From Methanobacteriota archaeon (GTDB lineage: Archaea > Thermoplasmatota > Thermoplasmata > SG8-5 > JAGLSY01): a stretch of 64,000 bases of DNA. The first letter of the stretch is position 1, and each line of letters begins with the position of its first letter. A model generated the notes under the pieces. It saw only the letters and a list, made by a program, of their open reading frames with translations. It made no database searches and was not told where the DNA came from. The DNA is taken from positions 192,001 through 256,000 of the forward strand of contig JAEHCQ010000002.1 of assembly GCA_020696385.1 (NCBI GenBank), written 5' to 3'. Below are positions 40,445 through 50,583 of this stretch, in pieces. Both the position numbers and the translations under genes were made by a program.

Positions 40445-41245
40445 TTGATGGTGGAAGCTGGTTGTGGAGTGCCAAAAGGTGTTATCCAGGGACTCACTGA
40501 GGATAAGATAAAAGAGATCATTCTACGACAAGGATTGAAAAAGGATGAAGTTAAGATAACCAAAATATCTGCATTGAAGATTATCGGGAATGTGGGATTC
40601 ACTGGATCAGAGCAGCGTTTGAATGAAAAAGATGAGAAAAAATCTGTGACAAAATCAAAGACAGATAAGTCAAAAAAAAGCTCCCCTGCATCTGATGCCA
40701 TTGATGTCCTTGCCAATCTACCATGGGATATTATCTTTCTGGATGCGGAATTCTTATTGATCATCGGTGTGGCAATATTGATCATCATTCTCCTTTTGTT
40801 CCTGTGGGTTTTCATCGCCATACCTTTATTATTACTTCTTCTGAGCATTCTATCAATGGGCGATGCTTGGAAGATGCTCAGGGTCTTTATCATAGAGTTC
40901 AAGCCGGACACTGATGTCGATCTGGATAGAATGATCCGTAATGTTCATTCACAGGGCGGCATGGTTTCAAGTAATTGGAGAGACTGGGTATCAAATAAGG
41001 GGCTTAAGATCAGAGCGGATATAATTAGAAAGAACTACATCTGGTTCATGAAGAGCGTGACCATAACATCCTACAGCTTATTTGGCCTATCTTTGTTGAT
41101 ATCCATTGAGCATCTGTTCAGTATCTTTGGTGCAGACATCATGAAAACAATCTGGCTGGTCTTTGGTTGCTTGGCCTTAGGTGGATTTGGCTTTTCAGTG
41201 TTTACACTTATTCAAAGACGCGCTGTCCGAGGAACTGCTCATTGA
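40445..41245 (+). CDS. Membrane protein, unknown function
   Basis: 266-aa ORF with several hydrophobic segments. Confidence 0.6.
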   Translation: MMVEAGCGVPKGVIQGLTEDKIKEIILRQGLKKDEVKITKISALKIIGNVGFTGSEQRLNEKDEKKSVTKSKTDKSKKSSPASDAIDVLANLPWDIIFLDAEFLLIIGVAILIIILLLFLWVFIAIPLLLLLLSILSMGDAWKMLRVFIIEFKPDTDVDLDRMIRNVHSQGGMVSSNWRDWVSNKGLKIRADIIRKNYIWFMKSVTITSYSLFGLSLLISIEHLFSIFGADIMKTIWLVFGCLALGGFGFSVFTLIQRRAVRGTAH

Positions 41246-41423
41246 TGAATAAGACAAGGCTTCTTTGGCCATCATTCAGGATATCTGTATGGTCTGGATA
41301 TGATACTCATTCTGCCTCACTCTCTCAAGATAGAAAGGCATTGTCATTGATAAAATATATGAATGAAAAGTGGGGATCTGATATCAAATCCCCATTAGCG
41401 TCATTATTCACCAGACCGTGTGA

Positions 41424-41750
41424 TCAGTCTTCAACAGAACCTTTTGCCTTGGCCTGTTTGATAGTGCCAGATGTCACAATGGTCTCGATCTTCACCTGTA
41501 GGTTATCATCGCCCAACTCGGTCACCGAAGTGAGAAGCTCTATCGCGATGTCCTTGTCCACATGCGCACATCTAAGAACACCTCGATTGTCCTTGTAAGT
41601 GGTCAACCAAGGGCGGGCAAGGCCTTCTCCGGCCATGCCCATCTTCTCAGCCCTTCGCTGCAATGCCCCGATCAATTCCCATCTTTGGATATTCCTGGGT
41701 GCATCTATCTTGAATGCGACATATCTTTTTCTGTATTCCCTGACAGGCAT
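41424..41750 (-). CDS. RNase P protein Pop5/Rpp14
   Basis: RKRYVAFKI...GVLRCAH...TSGTIKQA. Confidence 0.85.
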   Translation of the reverse strand: MPVREYRKRYVAFKIDAPRNIQRWELIGALQRRAEKMGMAGEGLARPWLTTYKDNRGVLRCAHVDKDIAIELLTSVTELGDDNLQVKIETIVTSGTIKQAKAKGSVED

Positions 41751-41770
41751 ATTTGATCCACCATCGATGG

Positions 41771-42862
41771 TTACTGAACCATGTCCATGGTGGAGGCTGG
41801 ACGGCCTGTACCCTCTACAAGTGAAGGTGCGGAAACACCGGTTATTACCAGCAAGATCTGAACTTCCTTACTGATAGTTGGATCCACGGAGCAACCCCAG
41901 ATGATCCTGGCATTTGGACTGATCTTCTCACCGACAAGTTCGACCGCGCGCTCTGCCTCGGCCAATGTCATGTCATGGCCACCGACGACCCTGACCAACG
42001 CACCCTTGGCATTGGAGAGATCTACATCGCCCAGAAGTGGTGAAGTCAGTGCTTCATTCACAGCCATGTCCACACGCTCTCTGTCATCGTCAGATGAGCC
42101 TATGCCTATCATCGCGACACCACCATTTGTCATGACGGTCATAAGGTCGCTGAAGTCCAAGTTAACGAGACCTGGTTTGGTCACGGTCTCGGTTATTCCT
42201 TTAATGGAATTCATCAAAATCTCATCCGCAACCTTGAAGGCCGCGTCCAATGGTAATCTTGGCACCAATTCCAGAAGCTTGTTGTTCTGGATAACGATGG
42301 TCGTATCACAGTGCTGTCTCAGCTTGTTCAGGCCCTTGAGAGCATTGTCATATCTCATATGTCCCTCTGCCTTGAAAGGCATGGTGACTATACCCATGAC
42401 CATCGCATTGCTCTGCTCCTTGGCCATCTGAGCGACGACTGGTGCTGAACCTGTTCCTGTTCCACCACCCATTCCTGCTGTAACGAATACCACATGGGCA
42501 TCATCCAAGAATGCTTTGATATCCTCTTCATTCTCACGTGCCGCGGCCTCTCCGACCTCGGGCAATGCTCCAGCTCCCAGGCCTTTTGTGGCCCTTTTTC
42601 CAATAAGTATCTTCTTTGGAACATGCATGTGTAGAAGGTGTGTGGCATCGGTGTTTATGGCAGCCATCTCGGCTCCCGTCACACCTGTGTCAGTCAAACG
42701 GTTGACTGTATTACTTCCGCCTCCACCGCAACCCACGATCTTGACACTGATCTTCAATGTCTCAACAAGTGCGCGGAGCTCGGCGTCATCCGGTGAACCG
42801 AATTCAGGTTTTGCCTGTTCTGTCTCATGCCTGGCTAATGCTTCATCTATTATCGACTTCAT
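41771..42862 (-). CDS. ftsZ: Cell division protein FtsZ (second copy)
   Basis: GGGGSN, GGGTGTG, NLDFSDL. Confidence 0.95.
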   Translation of the reverse strand: MKSIIDEALARHETEQAKPEFGSPDDAELRALVETLKISVKIVGCGGGGSNTVNRLTDTGVTGAEMAAINTDATHLLHMHVPKKILIGKRATKGLGAGALPEVGEAAARENEEDIKAFLDDAHVVFVTAGMGGGTGTGSAPVVAQMAKEQSNAMVMGIVTMPFKAEGHMRYDNALKGLNKLRQHCDTTIVIQNNKLLELVPRLPLDAAFKVADEILMNSIKGITETVTKPGLVNLDFSDLMTVMTNGGVAMIGIGSSDDDRERVDMAVNEALTSPLLGDVDLSNAKGALVRVVGGHDMTLAEAERAVELVGEKISPNARIIWGCSVDPTISKEVQILLVITGVSAPSLVEGTGRPASTMDMVQ

Positions 42863-42986
42863 TTTATTCCCATCCCTATGAAATTGAATTCAATCAGTAA
42901 TGGAATTTCGCGTATTTAAATATATGTCTATTATTATATTAAAGAACTTAGGGATAAATGGCGGAGATATTGTCGAGTGCTGAACA

Positions 42987-43982
42987 TCAAACGATCTCAT
43001 CAAAAACATAATCTTCCCATTCGCGTTTTCCCAGGATGATATCCAGTTCTGGCGGGGTTATTATCGGCCTATTGTACGCGAGATGGTCATCGATTGCCAG
43101 CCTGGGGCAAGCTGTGGACACCCAGGCTGTCGCACTGAATGAATCCAGTATTTGGGGAGATGTGTTCTCCATCTCCACAACAAATGCTTTCTTTCCTGCT
43201 TTTCTAAGATCCTTGACAATGTCCCTGGCCAAAATCTGACGCCTCTGGCCAGGTTTGGTCGATAATATCACGCCAAATATCTCCGCATCCTTTGCCTGGG
43301 ATATGACCGCGTGCCTTTGCCGTAGAACTCTGTCTTTCAGATCATTTATTCTGCGTATTTCAGCAATATCTGGATCGACAATGATGATGTCCTTGTCAGT
43401 TCCCAGAGCGAGTGCCAGTGGATGGAAATTACCAGCGCCTATGAAGAGGATCATGTCAATGTCTTTGGATATCGACCTGGCTGCCGAGATATTGCATCCA
43501 AGTACCTGACCTTTCTTGAATATACGATCATCGCCCTTACTGACGAAGGGTATGATGTTATTATTTGAAAGAAAATCCACGATCTCCGACACACGATGGA
43601 TATACTGGGGGGTGGACACCACTCCGACTGTTCCTTTCAGCTCGGGAAGCGCCTTCCTGACGATCGGGATGGGGTCTGTATTGGATCTGGCTGGAATGAA
43701 TATAACATCGCCCTCATGCGTCAAATTGGGAATGGGATAATGACCGAAATTGACGACCAGACCTTCCGGATGATGTGGAAGATCGCAGGCTCCGAAACAT
43801 GGCTCGCCGGATATCTGGACATCGACATCTTCCAGCTGTCCTTCTAGCTGGAAGGCGACATCTATGGCATTTCTTTTCAAGCCCTCTGGGAATTGCAAAA
43901 GTACAGAGGTGTGGCCGGCATTTTTAACAGCGGCCACTATTCGTGGTATTTCGAAATCAAATGGTGCTGTATCGGATGTCAA
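42987..43982 (-). CDS. dph2: Diphthamide biosynthesis protein Dph2
   Basis: LQFPEGLK, CFGACD, QVLGC, ACPRLAIDD, FDEI; TTG start overlapping mfnA stop. Confidence 0.92.
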   Translation of the reverse strand: MTSDTAPFDFEIPRIVAAVKNAGHTSVLLQFPEGLKRNAIDVAFQLEGQLEDVDVQISGEPCFGACDLPHHPEGLVVNFGHYPIPNLTHEGDVIFIPARSNTDPIPIVRKALPELKGTVGVVSTPQYIHRVSEIVDFLSNNNIIPFVSKGDDRIFKKGQVLGCNISAARSISKDIDMILFIGAGNFHPLALALGTDKDIIIVDPDIAEIRRINDLKDRVLRQRHAVISQAKDAEIFGVILSTKPGQRRQILARDIVKDLRKAGKKAFVVEMENTSPQILDSFSATAWVSTACPRLAIDDHLAYNRPIITPPELDIILGKREWEDYVFDEIV

Positions 43983-45118
43983 ATCACGACCTCCAGCTCC
44001 TTGAATAATAGATCCACATGTCGTTTTTCGACATGTGGCATCACTACCAGTCGGATACATTTGGGATCCTCCACCCTGGAGACCATCCAGCCTCTTTGTT
44101 TCAGCAGGGCCTGTACTTGCTCCGGCTCCTTGCCTTCGGGTAGATGGATACCAAGAACATTCATGACTGGCTCCTTGACCAGTTCGAGGCCAAGCTCTCG
44201 GGCTCGAGTGGCCGCATGGTAAGTGGTATCCATGCAGTTCTTGACTATCTGGCGGTATCCGACGCGGCCAAGATTTCGCATGGCCGCGTACGTGGATGCG
44301 ACTGCCGCGCTACATCTGGTACCGGACAAAGTGGTCTGTTTCAGCAAAGTGAGATAAGGTGCCCTGGTCGCGATATTATCCGAAGCTCCTATCTTTCTTG
44401 TCAAGAAAGCCCCGGAAGGCATGGTGGACATCCCCATTTTATGCGGGTCGATGGTGATGGATGTTACTTCTGGAATTTTAAAATCAAAGTCCGGCATTTC
44501 ATGCCCCAAGTCCTTCAGAAAAGGTATGACGAAGCCTCCGAAGGCCGCGTCCACATGGAAGAATGTTCCTTCAGGGATCAGTTCTCCCAATTCCCTTAGA
44601 GGGTCGATAAGCCCAAGCTCCGTGGTCCCGGCCATCCCGATAACGATGGCCGTTCTATCATTTATTACTCGTCTGGCCTTGTCTATGTCGATGGTGAGAT
44701 CGTCGCTGAGTGGGACACTTACGGGCTTCATATCCAGCAGGTCGCAGGCCTTGGCGAAAGAGAAATGCGCGCTTTCTGGAAAAACAACTTCTTTTTTACC
44801 TGTTGTATTTCTGGCTATCCAGAGGGCCATGATATTTGATTCCGTACCTCCATTCACAATATGACCGGATATGCCCGTGCCATTCATCAACTGACCAAGC
44901 TGGTCGATCACCTGGGCTTCCAACTGGCTTGTGCCTGGGTACAAGCCAGAATTACCAAGATTACTTTCTATAAAATCCATATGAGCCTTCAATGATAATG
45001 GCGGAGGGGCGGTGCACATGGAACTAATTATCCGACCATCTGAAAAATGCATATCTTCGGCTCTGGCCTTATCCAATTCAGCCATGACCACTTCTTCAGA
45101 TAATCCAGTTTCCCACAA
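43979..45118 (-). CDS. mfnA: PLP-dependent tyrosine/aspartate decarboxylase
   Basis: SSMCT, GGTESN, HVDAAFGG, IDPHKMG, RLVVMPHV. Confidence 0.88.
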   Translation of the reverse strand: MWETGLSEEVVMAELDKARAEDMHFSDGRIISSMCTAPPPLSLKAHMDFIESNLGNSGLYPGTSQLEAQVIDQLGQLMNGTGISGHIVNGGTESNIMALWIARNTTGKKEVVFPESAHFSFAKACDLLDMKPVSVPLSDDLTIDIDKARRVINDRTAIVIGMAGTTELGLIDPLRELGELIPEGTFFHVDAAFGGFVIPFLKDLGHEMPDFDFKIPEVTSITIDPHKMGMSTMPSGAFLTRKIGASDNIATRAPYLTLLKQTTLSGTRCSAAVASTYAAMRNLGRVGYRQIVKNCMDTTYHAATRARELGLELVKEPVMNVLGIHLPEGKEPEQVQALLKQRGWMVSRVEDPKCIRLVVMPHVEKRHVDLLFKELEVVI

Positions 45119-45121
45119 GGC

Positions 45122-46951
45122 TTACACCTGTCCTCTCTCTGCGATGACCTTCGCCTCCAGGGATCTGGCTATCTGGTTAACAAGCTCCAATTCATCCCTG
45201 GAGATGCACATGATGTCGATCTCCCGTCTGATGAGGGATTCAAGAAGCGCGGGGTTCCCAGCAAAGCCCGGGGTGTGGATGGCCAGTTTTTTATTACTGT
45301 TCCTGACATGATCTATGAAATGAGAGAGTGCTTCCTTCATCGCGTGATCGTCATATCTCTGCCCGAGACCATGTTCAGAACTCTGGCCAGCTGGTCCGGT
45401 GTACCGGCCTGCTGGTCCGGTGTACCGGCCTGTAAGATGCATGGCCAGGGATTCCAGGTCCGCCGATATGACATCGACATCTCTCGTCATCTCCCTTACG
45501 AAAAACAAATTGCTGGGGTATGCCAGGCTGGCCCAAACTAAAGGTCGGAAGGATGAAGCTGGCATGATGTTTTCCAGGAAACTTATGAGCCTGACATGGT
45601 CCTTCAATGTCCTGGTTGTTGGGAGCATGATGCTGAACCTAGAACCTCCAGAGCCACGCTTGATTATCGCCCTCAGGCATTCCCTGATCCAGGCCTCGTC
45701 ATCCTGTAACTGGACGACAATCTCCGTCGAGGGATATAATCGAACCATCTCTTCAATAGCGTGTTCGATACCTTCTGGCCCTGGCCAGTTACCAAGAAGC
45801 AGAATACCTTCAGCATTGGATACATCCAGGGTTTGTAGATTGGCAAGACTATTGGCCTTGACAAAAAGTCGAGTCCTTGGCTTTCTTGGCCGAGGTGCGT
45901 CGTCACTACCACGTACTTTTTCAATGGCCCTGTGCAATTGTAAGGGATCCACTTCATCCGGTATCTGGGAAGGGATAGCACCGAGCGGGGTCTGATCTCG
46001 CCCGCCACCGGATACAATGCCATTGGGAATATTATCCGGAATTATGATCTGGCTCTTCTCCCTGGGCCTGATCGTCAGTGGCTGTAAATTGTTGTTCTCC
46101 ACCTTGATGTCCATGATAAGCTGGGTGCCGTCGATAGTGACTAGGAGAACCTCGGAAATAGAGGTTCTTTCCAGCATGTAGCTCATTATGCTGATGAGGC
46201 TGTCCAGTTGTTCTGGAGAAGCCTTCGGTTCCCCTCTGAAATCTTCCTGAACATCCACACGTTGGATGCCACTGGCTCCCGAAATATGCTGAAACTTCTG
46301 TTTTTTCTCCTCCGAGCTTGTGAGTTCCAGGTTATTATTGAAATGATAATAATCGCTTGAAATAGCGGGGTCGAACAAACCCTCTGGCAGGCCGAATACC
46401 GCCCTGGCGACGAAGCCGCCATCCTTCTTTCTCTTGATCTCGATACTGGACTCGGCATCGACAACCTCTTGAATAACGAGGGCGGGCATCTCTTTCTCGA
46501 TATCATGCGGCGGGCAGGAAAAGAGCCATTTGTCGATCGAGCTGGCTATCCCGTTTATAAAACTGGATTCTGAATATGCGAATACAGGGGCCAGGCGTCT
46601 TCCGGATGGGGTGGATATCCTGATACTCACCAGGCCATCGAGGTCCCTGAACCTGGTAATGGCTTCCATCTCCGCTGACCAGTCCAGTCTGGATTCGAGG
46701 ATCATGGCGGATAGATGTTCCTTCGGGCCGGCATCGTCTTCGCCTGGATCATTACAGGCCCCGACATACTGGCTCAGGGCATTTCGTGTGTCATCGGATC
46801 GAAGAAAAAGGCCTATGGCATCCCGGGAGATCATGAACCCCCTGGCTACCCTGAAACCCTCGCCTGAAAAGGACGATATGGCGGCTCCACTGCACCCGGT
46901 CACGCTCTCCTGGGTGGACTCGATATCTGAGAATCCAAGTACTTTGCTCAT
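45122..46951 (-). CDS. Degenerate PEP-synthase-like protein
   Basis: GFRVARGFMIS, LVIQEVV, AVFGLPE and a C-terminal barrel-like region; no phospho-His motif seen. Confidence 0.55.
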   Translation of the reverse strand: MSKVLGFSDIESTQESVTGCSGAAISSFSGEGFRVARGFMISRDAIGLFLRSDDTRNALSQYVGACNDPGEDDAGPKEHLSAMILESRLDWSAEMEAITRFRDLDGLVSIRISTPSGRRLAPVFAYSESSFINGIASSIDKWLFSCPPHDIEKEMPALVIQEVVDAESSIEIKRKKDGGFVARAVFGLPEGLFDPAISSDYYHFNNNLELTSSEEKKQKFQHISGASGIQRVDVQEDFRGEPKASPEQLDSLISIMSYMLERTSISEVLLVTIDGTQLIMDIKVENNNLQPLTIRPREKSQIIIPDNIPNGIVSGGGRDQTPLGAIPSQIPDEVDPLQLHRAIEKVRGSDDAPRPRKPRTRLFVKANSLANLQTLDVSNAEGILLLGNWPGPEGIEHAIEEMVRLYPSTEIVVQLQDDEAWIRECLRAIIKRGSGGSRFSIMLPTTRTLKDHVRLISFLENIMPASSFRPLVWASLAYPSNLFFVREMTRDVDVISADLESLAMHLTGRYTGPAGRYTGPAGQSSEHGLGQRYDDHAMKEALSHFIDHVRNSNKKLAIHTPGFAGNPALLESLIRREIDIMCISRDELELVNQIARSLEAKVIAERGQV

Positions 46952-47125
46952 ATGTCCGAGTGTAAGTGGTGAGGTTAGAAATATGTTTTGTTCGAGGAAT
47001 TAAGAAAATCACATATCCACTCCGAGCAGGGGTTTAACGAAACCTCTATAAAGGCAGTGAGTGATTTAAGGACGAGTGGAAGAGTGCCCAAAAATTACCA
47101 ATTGGGCCCAAAAGAGGTGGAAGAA

Positions 47126-47671
47126 GTGGACATAGACAAATCAAAATTATATTTAAAAAAGAGTCTAATAGCGTTTTCCATCCTAATGATTATCGTTATT
47201 GTAATTATAGCTATATTGATATTAAGCTTCTGGGGATCAGGTACGTGGTATTATTATTCATCTGCTGGATACATCGAATTTGAGTCTGAAAATCTTACAA
47301 TTCAAAATTCAGATGAAAACTACAACTTATTGATTTCAGACATCGAAAATGAAGGATACGTTATCGATTGGAGTGAGTATAATATCACTGAGGCTTCCTT
47401 TTCATTTCATCTTAATAATCTCAACATTAAAGGTGATTATTTTATGTGTGGAATAGCCATTAATAATTCAACCATTAAAGTTCATTATTCTTATCATAGA
47501 GGCGATGGAGGATATAAAACAAATGAGTCATTTCAATCTTTTCTCGATATTGATACTCAGATGTTGAGTGTTTACACAGATTCAATAAAATATAATATTA
47601 TAAAAGTTTATGATGTTAAACTATTATTTGAGAATATAGAATTGCTTGAAGGTGCAATAGCTGTAGATTAA
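47126..47671 (+). CDS. AT-rich membrane-anchored hypothetical protein
   Basis: Track ORF 46988..47671; likely GTG start 47126 after gaggtg; one TM then an Asn/Tyr/Ile-rich domain. Confidence 0.6.
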   Translation: MDIDKSKLYLKKSLIAFSILMIIVIVIIAILILSFWGSGTWYYYSSAGYIEFESENLTIQNSDENYNLLISDIENEGYVIDWSEYNITEASFSFHLNNLNIKGDYFMCGIAINNSTIKVHYSYHRGDGGYKTNESFQSFLDIDTQMLSVYTDSIKYNIIKVYDVKLLFENIELLEGAIAVD

Positions 47672-47787
47672 TTAATAGCCAGTCCGCTCCGAGCAGGCCA
47701 ATGGGGGACGGGATTGGCCAGAGGAGGAGCGGGGTGGGGGGTTACAGATAGTTGGGGTGGGCGATTAAAACTAAACAAAATTAAAAC

Positions 47788-49479
47788 TCAAACACCCAGA
47801 CTTCCCAATACCTGGGCTATGATGCCCATCGCGGTCGAGGTCTCCAGCGCGATGTTCCGACCTGTCAATTCCATGTGATGGTCCACGCTGTCCAAAAGCG
47901 ATTGGGGCAGGCCTTTCTTGCCAAGTCCCATGATCATGCAAATGTGCTTTTTCGGATGGCTGGCTATCGCTTCCTCCAGGACTTTTTCAAGGCAAGTTTC
48001 CTTATTATTAGCAGGTTTGGAAGTGGTGGCGATTGGAAGGCCAATATCCTTCCAATTTTCTTTGGTTGGCGGTATCTGCTGGGAGCAGGATATCAGAGAA
48101 ATACGGCCTTGTTTCTGGAGGTCTTTGAGATACTTCCCCCCCTTGCCGATATTCGTGTCATTGAGAACTTTCTTGATCAGCCTGGGCAGGTCTTTTTCCG
48201 GGAATCCGAAAAGAGCCAGATCGAGATCGTAAGCCACACACAGGGGAGCGGCTCGAGCCACCATTCGGATATGCGCGGGCTTCAACCCGCCCTCGTAAGT
48301 ATCGTAGAGCCCGAGAACATGCCGATTGACATTCGAGCTGATTATTTCGAATGGCTGGCTTTCCTGATGAATCGTATCTTCTGAAGGTGTGCCAATGGCC
48401 TTCCGCACCTTGGCAATTATCTTCTCATCGCCCTCGGCATCCTCCAGGGCTTTCTCAAAGGTCTTGGTTGCCAGTTCCTGATTTCCAAGTCGCCTGATAC
48501 CGCTGGCTAGTTTGATCCTGGCCAGTGCGCGGGTTTTCTGGTCTTGGACATCTTCGAGAATGTCCAAACCAGTAGTGAACCAGTCCAGTGCCAGATCCTT
48601 GTGCCCGGCCTTGTCCGCATTCGCGGCCAGTGTGCTGAAAAGACTGGCCTCGTTTTCTGGCTCGCCGAGCTCGGTGATCACTGTCGCGATCAACTCCAGT
48701 TCGTCCAGATTGGATGACTGGTCTGCCAGGTATTTGATGCCCTGGATCCTATCATCCTCAAGTAATTTAAGAGCATGAGCCAGTGCGTTCTCCAGAACTA
48801 TCATATCTTCATTTCCAGACCTCGCGAGCTGGATGTGCAGGTAACCATGAAGCTTCACTTTCATCAGACTGGCTGGCATGGCCTCCAGTATCTTGACAAT
48901 GTCATCCAGAGAAGTGTTTGGGAAAGAAAGGCAATCCTTCGCCCATTGGCGAAGCAATGGCTTACAAGTCTCCATCTCGAAGCCAGAATTCTTGGCGGCC
49001 AGCTTGATAAGTCCGTGCATGTACGGGCAGCCGAGGAAACTGGCGCAGCCGATCACTGCGTCGGACTGGCCTTTGCCTTTTGGAAAATTCCAAATATTTT
49101 CCATGACTTCATTTCTGATAAGATCGTGCGTGCTGGGTGGACTATTTTTGGCTTTCTTGCACATCGTGGTGAGAAGTTCCGCCCTTCTCCACGATCTCGG
49201 CTCCTTGTTCGAGATCATGACACTGTCCTTTATCAGGGTCTTGGCCATGTCCTCAGATGCTCTTCTATCAGCCGATATTCCAAAGAGAGCCAGTGCTTGA
49301 TAATATGGATCAGGTATGGATCTCGCTTCCTCCACGAGTTTCGCAACTGGCTTACCCTTGCCAGACTTGGATTCCTGGATGATCGACCGATATTTGGACG
49401 GGGTGTGTTCTTTGCCACTCATTGGTCGATAATCAAGACTTGGTGGTATATAGGTTTCTATGTCCGGATGATCGAACAT
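47788..49479 (-). CDS. DUF531-like domain fused to a long helical/TPR-like N-terminus
   Basis: LGLYDTY, ARAAPLCVAYDLDLALFGFP, GLGKKGLP, LETSTAMG. Confidence 0.7.
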   Translation of the reverse strand: MFDHPDIETYIPPSLDYRPMSGKEHTPSKYRSIIQESKSGKGKPVAKLVEEARSIPDPYYQALALFGISADRRASEDMAKTLIKDSVMISNKEPRSWRRAELLTTMCKKAKNSPPSTHDLIRNEVMENIWNFPKGKGQSDAVIGCASFLGCPYMHGLIKLAAKNSGFEMETCKPLLRQWAKDCLSFPNTSLDDIVKILEAMPASLMKVKLHGYLHIQLARSGNEDMIVLENALAHALKLLEDDRIQGIKYLADQSSNLDELELIATVITELGEPENEASLFSTLAANADKAGHKDLALDWFTTGLDILEDVQDQKTRALARIKLASGIRRLGNQELATKTFEKALEDAEGDEKIIAKVRKAIGTPSEDTIHQESQPFEIISSNVNRHVLGLYDTYEGGLKPAHIRMVARAAPLCVAYDLDLALFGFPEKDLPRLIKKVLNDTNIGKGGKYLKDLQKQGRISLISCSQQIPPTKENWKDIGLPIATTSKPANNKETCLEKVLEEAIASHPKKHICMIMGLGKKGLPQSLLDSVDHHMELTGRNIALETSTAMGIIAQVLGSLGV

Positions 49480-49487
49480 TCTCCATA

Positions 49488-49940
49488 TTATCGGCCAGTC
49501 CAGGCAGGCCAGTATATATTTCTGCCTGGTATGGTTGGCTTGAACCAGCTTGGAACATCCATCGTTCTTGGCAAATGGTATATACCTCCATCCAGATGAT
49601 CGAGAGCCAGATGGGTCGTGTAGGCCAATATAATAGCCACGAACGTGGCATGGTCATAAGTCATACCCAGATATGTGTCCATAGATCTGAGGATCACATA
49701 TCCGACATATATCCAGATCATCGCGAATCCTATGGAATGCCCTATGGGGCTTCGTTTTTCCACATTATTGCTACCGTTTATCTTGAATGTGGACATGCCG
49801 CCGAACCTATCCAGATTTATCAGCATGGCTATTATGGCTGCCAGGAAGACATTGGCATCCAGCATTGGTCTTTCGAGTATCAGATTAAGGGCGCATTGGG
49901 CCGCACTGGCCGCCATTCCGTGTATGAGTTCATTCGACAT
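49488..49940 (-). CDS. Membrane metal-dependent hydrolase-like protein
   Basis: H..., NLD, RSPIGHS, THLALD motifs. Confidence 0.6.
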   Translation of the reverse strand: MSNELIHGMAASAAQCALNLILERPMLDANVFLAAIIAMLINLDRFGGMSTFKINGSNNVEKRSPIGHSIGFAMIWIYVGYVILRSMDTYLGMTYDHATFVAIILAYTTHLALDHLDGGIYHLPRTMDVPSWFKPTIPGRNIYWPAWTGR

Positions 49941-50104
49941 ATTATCGGACTCCTGATTTTTGCTTCATGATATAAAGGAGCAGATGTGCATGTAATGTAA
50001 ATGTAGGGAAGATGAGAGAAAATAAGGAAGAGCGAACTTCAAAAGGAGGGGGAAATATCCTCATTAAGTTTTAATATCTAAATGAACTATTATGGGATGT
50101 GATA

Positions 50105-50214
50105 TTGAAAGCGAGAATGTAGTGATTGCTTTCAGAACTTCGATAAATTCGAAGTTTTGAATGCACGAATGAATTCGCGCATTCAAATTTCCGACTCGAA
50201 ATGGAGGAAATCAG
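50105..50214 (+). promoter_or_regulatory. Structured pre-start-codon element, copy D (long, four stems)
   Basis: tgaaagcga/ttgctttca; aacttcga/tcgaagtt; ttgaatgc/gcattcaa; atttcc/ggaaat overlapping the SD. Confidence 0.8.
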
Positions 50215-50583
50215 ATGATGCCTGGAATGAGAGGGATGAACCCACGTCAGATGCAGCAAGCCATGAAGAAGATGGGCATAAAGACCGAAGAGATGAATGA
50301 TGTCGAGGAAGTTATAATCAAAATGCAGGATCGAAGCCTCGTTATCAAGAAGCCAGAGGTCACCCTGATGGAAGTTCAGGGGCAGAAGACCTTTCAGGTA
50401 GTTGGCGATCCCGAGATAGTTCATGGAGAGGTTTCCAGTGAGCCTGTCGGCCTGATAATTCCCGAAGAGGATATCGAGCTTGTAGCGGCTCAGGCCAATG
50501 TCTCATATGAAAAGGCAAAGCAAGCTCTGGAAGAGTGTGATGGAGAGCCTGCAGAAGCTATCATCATGCTGATGACTGGCTAG
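50215..50583 (+). CDS. nac: Nascent polypeptide-associated complex protein
   Basis: MNPRQMQQAMKKMGI, EEVII, EEDIELVAAQA, AEAI. Confidence 0.95.
   Translation: MMPGMRGMNPRQMQQAMKKMGIKTEEMNDVEEVIIKMQDRSLVIKKPEVTLMEVQGQKTFQVVGDPEIVHGEVSSEPVGLIIPEEDIELVAAQANVSYEKAKQALEECDGEPAEAIIMLMTG

Noticed and set aside
43983-44060. Extended Dph2 N-terminus
   Set aside because: Lies inside mfnA; TTG 43982 overlapping the stop is more plausible
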